Shown here: positions 39,906 through 49,641 of the stretch, piece by piece
Layout: each line of letters starts with the position of its first letter
Position numbering within the stretch: position 1 is the stretch's first letter
Source of the DNA: Eledone cirrhosa
Lineage: Eukaryota
Assembly: GCA_964016885.1 (NCBI GenBank)
Contig: OZ024761.1
Span: forward strand, 30,814,001-30,878,000
Reading direction: 5' to 3'
Length of the DNA: 64,000 bases
Notes under the pieces: generated by a model
The model's input: the letters and a program-made list of their open reading frames with translations, nothing else
The model's database searches: none
What the model was told of the DNA's origin: nothing
Translations under genes and position numbers: made by a program

Positions 39906-40364
39906 TGAGTAGCTGTGTGGTTAAGGTGATCATAATGTAACAGTGTGGTTTCAGGTTCAGTCTCAGTTAATGTTACGACTCAAATGTTTAAAAGACAAGC
40001 TAGGGATTTCGCCAACATAACAAGTAGTCGATATTTAGTTTCTAGTAGAGCATTGGATAAACTATCATTGTGGTATTTGTTCTGGTTCTTTACATTCTGG
40101 GTTTGACTCCCACCAAGGCCATCTTTGCCGAGTTGATAAAATAAAGCACCAGTCAAGTACAGGGGTTGATGTAATCAACTTTGTCTTACCTGCCAAATTT
40201 GCTGACCTTATGCCTAAATTAAAAATCAATATTGACCTTCATACCTTTTATCTCCATACATTCCTGTCATCAATTCTACTTCTCCCTCAAGTACATCCAC
40301 TTCTCCCAGTTATTAACAACAAAGAAAGCTAAAGATTCCGATAGCAACAAACAGTAATACTGAC

Positions 40365-40571
40365 CTTAGCTTGGACTGCGTATGAAGCCAGAAGAACAGA
40401 AGCTTCCGGGGGACAGTAAATGTCCATGTTGAGAATTGACTGTTTCACTTGGAGAAAGAACAAATGTTGAGTGATTTCCTGGATAAGTTCTTCTGAGACG
40501 TCTTCGGGGAAAAGTTTGGCAAGAAACAGAAATGGAATTGGGTTTTCTTTAGGTACATCTTGATTTAAAAC
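40365..40571 (-). CDS. NF2: Merlin exon 3, [69 protein letters not shown]
   Basis: AG/GT bounded, 207 nt phase 0-0; [13 protein letters not shown] and [17 protein letters not shown] are merlin-type rather than ezrin/moesin-type. Absent from the ORF track. Confidence 0.96.
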
Positions 40572-41222
40572 CTAAATTTTAAAAATAACAAAAAAAAAAT
40601 ATATATATATATATGTATATAAATATGTATAAATATATATATTATATATACACAAAGACGTGACATCCTCCCTTCTTTGAGGCAATGCCCTAGCATGGCC
40701 TCAGCCTCTACTGTAACATGTAATAGTAATGTTTTACAGCTGGATGCCTTTCCTGGTGCCATCCATGGTAGTAATCATTTCTTAAAGATAAATGCATGAC
40801 TTGTGGTGAATAATCCAAATATAGGTGGTTGTATTGGTGTCACAAAAAAGTACCCAGTCTACCCTGTAAGGGAGTAGTTCTAGTGCCATGAAAAAGTACT
40901 GTCCCCTCTGTAAGGTAGTAATTCTGATGCCATGAAAAAATACTCAGTCCACCCTGTAAGGTAGTAATTCAGATCCCATTGAAAAATACTGTCCAACATG
41001 AAAGGTGGTAGTTCTGGTGCCATGAAAAAAGCACTCAGTACAGACTGTAAAGTGGTTGGTGTTAGAAAGGGCACCAAGCCAAAAATGGAGCATATTAACA
41101 GGATTTGGTCACCTGACATATCAAGCCTCATAATGTGACAGCCCATCTAACCCAAGCAAGCATGGAAAATAGATGTTAAACAGTGATAATGAGGATAATG
41201 ATGATGATGATGATGCTATTAC

Positions 41223-41351
41223 CCGTTTATCAAACTTCAGCCAGGCAACATATCCTTTAGAGTCAACAAATTGTAAACCAAAGTACCAAGATTCCCGAAG
41301 GCCAATTGTCCGACACACCATTTCAAAAAGTTCCTTTCCTGTGGTCCGTGA
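41223..41351 (-). CDS. NF2: Merlin exon 2, [43 protein letters not shown]
   Basis: TAG acceptor, GTAATA donor, 129 nt phase 0-0; FERM F1 motif VCRTxGLRExWxFGLQ. Confidence 0.95.
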
Positions 41352-42460
41352 CTACAAAATAAGATAAAATACAATGCATTAATGGAAATACGAGAAACAT
41401 AAAAACTCTATAGACAACATTTTAACTGGAAATTTAACCCTTTAGCATTTACATTAATCTATATTTACTATTATATTTTCCCAGTAAAAGCTTTACCTCA
41501 CATAATTATCTCACATAATATCGAAGCTATGGGATTTTGATATTATTTATTTTGAGAAAAATACCTTAACATAAGTATGAGTGGCCAGTTACAGCCATAT
41601 GAGAGACTTCTGGCCGGATATGCCCCCCCCCCCCCATCTCTTACTATTATAACCAAATGGGGGCAGACAGAATAGAGATGATGAAGGGCAGGTGAGACCA
41701 AATATTGATTTCTAATTTAGACCCAAGGACAGCAATTTGTGGGAAGGGCAAAGTTGATTATATCAATTTCTCAATAGTTGACTGGTACTTTAATTTACTA
41801 TGGAAAGATGAAAGGCAAAGTTCACCTTGTCATGAACTGAACCCAGAATGTAATGAGTCAAAACAAATACCGCAATGGCTTACCAATTCTGACAACCCCC
41901 CGCCTAAAAACTGAATATTTGACCTCAGTCGATCTAAAGACTGGTCACTGTATATAAAGTTGTAAAAATAAAATTTAAAGGGAGGGTCACAGTACAGGGT
42001 CAACTGGATAACTAAATGTAGGGTCACAGTTGAGGGTTAACTGGACAACAGAAGACAAGATCCCAATAAAGGGTTAGCTGGAGTTTGCTAACTCAAACGA
42101 AAAAACAATAATACGTCCGGTAAAAGATATTTTAATGACAAATGCTTGAGTCTGGTTATCTTGTATAAACTTCCTAACTACTTAAAAGATGTTAAGTGTT
42201 TATATATATATGTATATATATATATATATATATAAATGAAAAGTATAGAAATTATTGTAGCAAGAAGCCAACAGTATTCCATAATATCAGCTCGGGTTCG
42301 ATCATAACAATCGTGGCCCAACTCTTTTATGATCGAACCCCGAGCTGATCGACTGATCGATATCGAAACAACTGTCATATACAATAAAGTTCATTTATGG
42401 TGCAACCTTGACTTCGTTCATACTTTCTTGTAAGTGTGTGTATGTATGTATATATATATA

Positions 42461-42520
<60 letters not shown>

Positions 42521-42661
42521 AATTATTAGTAGCACTAACATAGCGTGGTATGTATTTCTAGGTGTGTGTGTGTGTGAAAGTGTAAGTGATAACGATGTAG
42601 AGGAAACGAGAGATGTTTGTATTTTTTTTTTTTTTTTTTTTAAATCTTGAACTAAACTTAC

Positions 42662-42766
42662 TTCGATGACAAACTGAAGCTCAGCATCCATAGTTGCCAC
42701 TCTCACGGGATAAGTTTTGGTATTCGATGACACCGATGCCACTTTCTTCATGTTTACAAACGGCAT
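42662..42766 (-). CDS. NF2: Merlin (NF2) coding exon 1 of 15, MPFVNMKKVASVSSNTKTYPVRVATMDAELQFVIE
   Basis: ATG at 42766; FERM F1 start motif VRVxTMDAELxF; GTAAGT donor; 105 nt, phase 0. N-terminal extension before the FERM domain is merlin-like. Confidence 0.92.
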
Positions 42767-44150
42767 CTTGTAGTTGGATTAAACCAAGAGACGAATAAAT
42801 ATCCAATTTAATTAATACAAAACCGTTCGCTTCATACAGAGTCAAAGTTCTTCGCTAAGTTATGGAAGAGTTTTGGGAAACGTAAACAGTGCGAAGTTTT
42901 TTTTCTCCTTCTGAACCCATAAAACAGATATAGCATTTGGTTTTAGAAGAAATTATAAATATATAAATATATATATGTATATATATATACACACTAGAAA
43001 TTGTCGTCGAGGAAAGAGATGGTATTTAAAGCAACAGGTTTAAAAATAACAGTTCCTATGAATGGTTATAAATAAATAACATTGTGTTTCGTTCTTGGGA
43101 ATATTTAACGCCAGTTACGTAGATTAACATCTTAATAAATAAATTCTTTTTTTCGAAAAGTTATTAAAGTTTTCTATTAAATTTCATATGATTAGAGAGA
43201 AAATATATAAAATAACTTCCGAAGTAAAAAAATAAACAATCGACGAATGTTAAGTCAATCGAGAAAGGAATTCATAAAAAATGGGAAATTGTGGAGATTC
43301 CTGCATGTTGACTAAAGTGCTGCCACACAGCGGATAGACTTGACAAACTAAACTTCAAGGAGGATAACTCTTGACAGCCTGCTTACTTTTTCGTGCCGGC
43401 TACTTGAAACTCCCGTTGATTTGTTTATTTTTTTGTCTCCGTAAAATCGGGACTAGGGCATCCCACCTGAGGAAAGACCCCACTCCTTTGAACTAAAGTG
43501 AATAATGCAGCGAGTATTAGTCTGTTCTTTGCGGTTGTCTTCGCCATTTTGTCCACAGGGTGCAGTTGTTTCACTAAATCGGGAGGAACGCATCCTGTCC
43601 GATGAAGGGGTCCCCTTCAGGTAGAGAGGCTGATGCAGCGGATATTGTCCTCGGCAATGTCTTTGCGATCTTAATCGCAGGGTGCAACTGAGATATATAC
43701 AACCTAGACTGGGGTATAGATGCTGTCCACATATTCTCGATTTTCCCTTACTTTCATTCTTTAATTTTTTTTTATTAATATGTATATTGAAACGTAGATA
43801 AATTGTAAATATCTTTGTTTTATTTATAAGAAAACGCCCTGTATGAAATAAAGGTGCAGCCTAATCGACACAACTTTATAGTTCTAGTTAACTCCTGCTG
43901 CCACAGAGCGGACAAACTGAGACACTAACATTATTCAAGAAAAATAACTCTAGATTTCCATTTTACTCATGCTGCCACATAGTAGCTAATATGTGTAAAC
44001 AAGAGCAGATAACTTTTCGTGCGAAATTAATTTTTCGCGCCATTTGTTAGTTAAAGTTCTTGTGTCAAAGAGATAGAGAGAGAAAGAGGTAGCGAATGTT
44101 TCTATAGAGTTTATTGAATTTGCAGTGTTCTTCATTGATATTTAAGCACA
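42767..44150. promoter_or_regulatory. Bidirectional promoter region shared by head-to-head merlin and RPA1
   Basis: Divergent ATGs at 42766 and 44151; locally CpG-rich and free of the recognised repeat families; TTTCGCGC E2F site at 44033-44040, TTTCGTGCGAAA at 44015-44026, YY1-like CGCCATTT at 43542 and 44038. Confidence 0.75.
43450..43728 (+). ncRNA. Candidate structured non-coding RNA (unassigned)
   Basis: Six nested long-range helices plus internal hairpins found by eye; G-U wobbles favour the plus strand; no family assigned. Confidence 0.3.
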
Positions 44151-44183
44151 ATGTCTTACCAGTTGACTTCGGGAGCGTTGCAG
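44151..44183 (+). CDS. RPA1: RPA1 (replication protein A 70 kDa subunit) exon 1, MSYQLTSGALQ
   Basis: ATG at 44151, CAG|GTATCT donor, 33 nt phase 0; resembles the RPA70N start QLxxGA. Confidence 0.85.
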
Positions 44184-45919
44184 GTATCTAGAATCAAATT
44201 TAAAAATCACATTTTCTTTTTTTTTGTTTACATTTTATGAGAAGAACAAGGAAAATAATTTTCCGAGCATGTCTTCATTCCTTATTAAAATATTGCTTGC
44301 ACATTAATACGGCTTGAGCGACTAAAAATAAAATTACAGATTCTGTAAAATCATATGTTTAAATATTTCTCGTTTGTCCATATGAGTTCTTTGTTGCAAC
44401 CAAGTGTTTCATTGAAAATAATGACTACGTAACTTTTTTTTTCAGTATAATTATTATTGTAAGACATATCGTTTTGAAGATGAGGTCAAACCATGATTCG
44501 CTCTTAACATGTAGACATATCGATTCATATACTGGATTTTGATATATTTATATATAAATGTATTCTTTATTATGGCTATGTGGTGAATTTAAATACGTTA
44601 TAGTTTCACCCGTGTACCCACAGGTTCATCAGACGATAAGTGTGTATGTTATGTATGTGTGTTCGGGAACCTTTGAACAGTCTAAAGAAACAACAACAAA
44701 CAGTAAATGTTTGTTATGTCCTATAACCTATCAAACAAACAATAAACTAAAGATATAACTTAGGTTTCGGTCAGTATTGGCCGAGGCCATGTCTAACTTA
44801 ATAGCACCAGTGTGTTCCACAATCTCTGATCAGTTTGAAATAAAGAAAAAAAAGCAATTGTTGTTTACCTTATGTCTTATAAAGTAGCAGTTCGGCAGGT
44901 CGACATCAATAAAATAAATACCAAGGTATTAGATTAAAAGAGTTCTTGAATGCCGTGTTTCAGTATGGCCGCAGTCTAATGACTGGAACCAGTAAAAGAA
45001 TAAATCTGTGAAAAGTTTCAAAGATATTGCATCTCTTGCTTAATTTAATGATTCTTACAGTAACTGGGGATAGCTTTGAGGATTTCTTCCAGTACTTGTG
45101 ATTTATAGGGTATTAGGATGATGTCATCTGTGAATCCTAGGTGGCATAGGAGTTCACCATTTAAGTTAATACCACACTGAGCTAGCGAGTAGGCCTTAAC
45201 ATCCATCTTGGGAAAATCAAGGTCATGTTTAACAGACACACTAAACCATCTCCAGTTATTAATGGAAAGAAGACCATTAAGGAAGTAGACAGTTATGTGT
45301 ACACTGGAAAGAGATGGTGCTCTGCTTCCAGAGGACAAAAGAAGGATTGTGCTTGGCTGGGTAGCTTTTGGACATGTTTATAACATCATTAGAAGTCCCA
45401 AGTCAACAATCGAAACCAAAAGCAGGTATTGTTCTCAAAATAAACAATATCAAAATCTCATAGATTTGGTATTATGTGAGATAATTAGGTTAGGTAAAGC
45501 CTTTGCCATGAAAATACAATAGTAAATATAGAGTAATGTAAATGCTAAAGGTTAACCCTTGAGCATTTACATTACTCTATATTTACTATATTTTCATGGC
45601 AAAGGCTTTACCTAACCTAATTATCTCACATAATACCAAATCTATGAGATTTTGAGAACAATACCTTAATATTAGTAAGAGTGGCCAGTTTGAACAGAAA
45701 GAGGTGAGAATTCTGGCTGGATACAACCAGTTTAAATGCTAAAGGGTTAATGAATATGTTCTGCTGATGATGACATATAGAAGCGAGACGTGGGCAGACT
45801 TTCTTGCAGTGGCCCAACATAAAATGGAGCGAATCATGCTTGGCATCACCTTACATGACAAAAAGAGCAACAACAGACTGACATGAAGGACATAATCAAG
45901 ACCACCAAGAAGGGTAAAC

Positions 45920-46445
45920 ATAGAGGGGCTGGCCATGTCTCTCATCTCAGAGACAACAGGTGTTCTATTAGAGTGACAGTAGACACCAAGACAGTGGAGA
46001 AGGACCTGGGGGTGACCGTAGAGGGGCTGGCCATGTCTCTCAGAGACAACAGGTGTTCTATTAGAGTGACAGTAGACACCAAGACAGTGGAGAAGGACCT
46101 GGGGGTGACCGTAGAGGGGCTGGCCATGTCTCTCAGAGACAACAGGTGTTCTATTAGAGTGACAGTAGACACCAAGACAGTGGAGAAGGACCTGGGGGTG
46201 ACCGTAGAGGGGCTGGCCATGTCTCTCAGAGACAACAGGTGTTCTATTAGAGTGACAGTAGACACCAAGACAGTGGAGAAGGACCTGGGGGTGACCGTAG
46301 AGGGGCTGGCCATGTCTCTCAGAGACAACAGGTGTTCTATTAGAGTGACAGTAGACACCAAGACAGTGGAGAAGGACCTGGGGGGTGACCGTAGAGGGGC
46401 TGGCCATGTCTCTCAGAGACAACAGGTGTTCTATTAGAGTGACAG
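45920..46445 (+). repeat. 93-bp tandem array (~5.5 units) derived from an RTE LINE 3' coding segment
   Basis: AGACAACAGG at 45951, 46044, 46137, 46230, 46323, 46417; flanks translate as AGHV..RDNR. Confidence 0.9.
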
Positions 46446-46594
46446 AGTAAACACCAAGGCAGTGAAGAATCAGGTGGTCTATTAGAGTGACCGGAGAAGA
46501 ACTGGAGGGCAGCCAAACGCCAGATGACAATGATCTGACCTGATACCTTGGCTCCATATGGCCAGAGATAGGAAGTGGTGGAGTTCCTCTAACA

Positions 46595-46871
46595 CACGGT
46601 TTCCCAACCAGGAGTGCGAGATAACATTTCAGTATTTTATTTTTTTTTATTAATAGTATTATTCAAATTTTAATTTATTACATTTTTTTTTTTTTTTCCA
46701 TGTTTCATTTTTGTTTATATATTATTAAAAAATTAGATTATATAAATTTGTTGCTCGAATTTAGTATTAACTCGTCTTTATTCTAAAATAAATTATTGCT
46801 ATTTTAAGGGTTGCGAGAACATATTTTAAAAACTTTTAGGGGTGCGGCAGGAAAAGAGTTGAGAAACGCTG
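46595..46871. mobile_element. hAT-type MITE
   Basis: Imperfect TIRs CACGGTTTCCCAAC / GTTGAGAAACGCTG flanked by an exact 8-bp TSD CTCTAACA (46587-46594, 46872-46879). Confidence 0.85.
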
Positions 46872-46972
46872 CTCTAACAGAGTGAGAAGGCACTCGATTT
46901 TGGATCTTTTTATAGTAACTGTGCTTTAATTTAATCCTTATTGTATTAACTCTCTCTCTTTCTTTCTTTCAG

Positions 46973-47020
46973 AGCATAATCAATAACGAGAATGTCGAGA
47001 AGCCAATTCTTCAAATATTG
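46973..47020 (+). CDS. RPA1: RPA1 exon 2, SIINNENVEKPILQIL
   Basis: Long pyrimidine tract plus CAG, GTAATG donor, 48 nt; KPILQ motif of RPA70N. Confidence 0.9.
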
Positions 47021-47972
47021 GTAATGATTTTACTTTGGAAAATTTATTTACCGTTTATACTCAAATAGAAGCTGACCCTCTCTTTTATTTTATGGAAGTC
47101 CAAAGGGGTGCTAGAAATAGCAGCTAAATAGGGGGGAACCTCATGGTGGTCCACAGGTTTGATAGAAATGTCAGCTAAATAGGGAGAACCTCATGGTTAT
47201 ACAAGAAGTCCTAGAAATAGCAGCTAAATACTGGAATATTTCAGGATGGTCCGTAGATGTGCTAAAAAAAAGGCGAAAATCCAAACCCCTTTTATAAACT
47301 AAGGCAGTTAATCAACACATTGTTTAGATGGTATATGTAAGCCAACCTTCCATTTTACCATCAATTGTTTTGGTCACATATTCCTTGGCTTATATTCGAG
47401 TATATACAGTAAGTGGTCAAATCATGGTTGCCATCTACCCCATAGCAGCTTTTATAATCAGTTATGATCCTCTTACACGATTGCTTCTTTTTCTTCTTCG
47501 CCCACATATTCCTGGGAGAGTGGTGGCGGTCAGAGCCCTCAAACACTCTTTCCAGCGAGTCCTGTCAGAAGCAACTGTCTCCAACTGATTCGGCTCGATC
47601 CTCAAGCAAAACCAGCCAAGCTCATAGGCCAACTTACTCAGGGTCTGCCAGTTGGTTTTTGCCTGTTAAATATGTCCGGCGATTCTTTCCCGAGACATTC
47701 TGATCACATGTCTGTAATATTGGAGCTGTGCGCTCTCAATTCGGAGAAATAATGGCTCTACCAGGAGTAACTCTATGATCTCCGAGTTAAACACTCAATC
47801 AAGTAACGTTACTCCAAAACCTTTCAGAGGAACACCATTTTAATTACAATTTTTAGAATGTCGTGAACCCTTGGTCAGTTAGAAAGGTCGATGTGAAAGC
47901 AGTGATTATGATGTTTATTATACCAACCCATAAAACATGCATTTATAAAAAAATTACTGGTTTTCCTTTCAG

Positions 47973-48051
47973 AGTTCAAAAAAGATTCCAAGTTCTGCTG
48001 GTGCTGAACGATATCGTGTTTTACTGTCAGATGGTCAGATAAGTTACTCCA
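47973..48051 (+). CDS. RPA1: RPA1 exon 3, SSKKIPSSAGAERYRVLLSDGQISYS
   Basis: CAG/GTGAGT bounded, 79 nt phase 0-1; RYRxxxSDG motif. Confidence 0.93.
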
Positions 48052-49641
48052 GTGAGTATAATGTTATTTTTATTTTATAAAAATTATTGTGTTTTATTAG
48101 AAGCCTACAGCAATGCAGATGGAACATTAACCCATTAGCATTTACATTACTCTATGTATGCTATTATATTTTCATGGTAAAGTCTTTACCTCATGTAATT
48201 ATCATCATCATCATCTTACGTCCGCTTTTTCCCTGCTTGCAAGGGTGGGACGGGAACTGATTCTGGCTTGATTTCTACAGCTGGATGCCCTTCCTAACAC
48301 CAACCTCATTTACAGTGAGTGCTGGGTGCTTTTTTGCCGTGGCACCCCCACGACCACTTTGCAGTGGAATGATATGGACCCCAGTCCTATCATCTCATTT
48401 CTACAGCTGAGTAAACTGGAGCAATGTGAAATAAAATGTCTTGCTCAAGGAAACAACACATCACCCGATCTGAGAATTGAACTCCCAACCTTTCGATTGC
48501 AAGGCCAATTCTCTAACCACTAAGCCATGTATCTCGCATAATATCGAATCTATGAGATTTTGATAGTATTTATTTTGAGAACAATACCTTAACATCTGTT
48601 TGAGCAGCCGGTTTGAACATTAAAGGGTTAAATGTTAAAAATAATAATAAAGATGTTGGAATGTTACATTGGAGTTGTCTCCACAAATGTAAACTGTGTC
48701 AATCGCTTCTTCATGATTTTGTAGAATTTGAACATGAATAAAAGGAAAAGCTACAATTTTAAGAAATTTTGTGATGAATAAAATAAATTAATTATCACTT
48801 TCTTTTGTTTTAAAAATTGTACTAAATATTTCAACAAAAAATATGATGTAGAAATTAAAGTAAATTTATTTTCACACTTATGTTTTAAAAATGTACTAAA
48901 ATATTACAACTAGAATTAGATTGTAGAATAATAAACAAAATACGATGTACAAACTTTATACCCTTCACCTGACATTGGTAGGTTAACCCTTTAGCATTTT
49001 CATTACTCTATATATATTATTGTATTTTCACGGTAAAGGCTTTACCTCACATAACATCGAATATATGAGATTTTGATATTTATTTTAAGAACAATACCTT
49101 AATATCAGTATGTGCGGCCAGTTTGAACAGAAAGAGGTGAGAGAATTCTGGCTGGATATGACCAGTTTAAATGCTAAAGGGTTAAACCAGTTTGTTTTTA
49201 AATACCTGCTCAAATTGAAGTATGTCTTACAAGTCGTCAAATATAGTTTGTTTAACAATATAGTTGACCAGGTAGCTGGTCTTTGTTTCTCTTGTGACGC
49301 TAAACTCTGCCAGTTGCAGACTGCGCATTAATGATATCTCTCTCCACAAAGTTCGATCACCAGCAGCAAAGATCAAGTCCAGTCCATAAGTTGACATTGT
49401 CGAGCCATCGTTTTGGCTGCCGGCCTCTGCTTCTTTTACCAGCCAACCTTCCTTCCAGGCATAACCTACTCACACCACGAGTTGATCTTTTTATATGACC
49501 GTATAGTTTGAGTACTCTTGACTTGACAATTGATGTAATTGGTCTAAGTTTGGTAATGTTGAGCAGCTCACTGATACAGATACGGTCGCTGAGCCGCTTA
49601 CCAGTCATAAGTCTCCTGATGTGGTTCTGGAATGTAGAGAG

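Noticed and set aside
17810-42766. Calling the FERM gene moesin/ezrin/radixin
   Set aside because: Blue box [27 protein letters not shown] and the VAFFEEL terminus are merlin-specific.
43370-43745. Telomerase RNA, 7SK or spliceosomal snRNA identity for the structured segment
   Set aside because: No CTAACCCT-type template on either strand, no paired GATC motifs with a 3' 7SK hairpin, and no recognisable U-snRNA sequence; left unassigned.
45739-46557. 272-aa and 184-aa repeat ORFs
   Set aside because: 93-bp tandem of a LINE fragment; open frames arise because the unit length is a multiple of 3.
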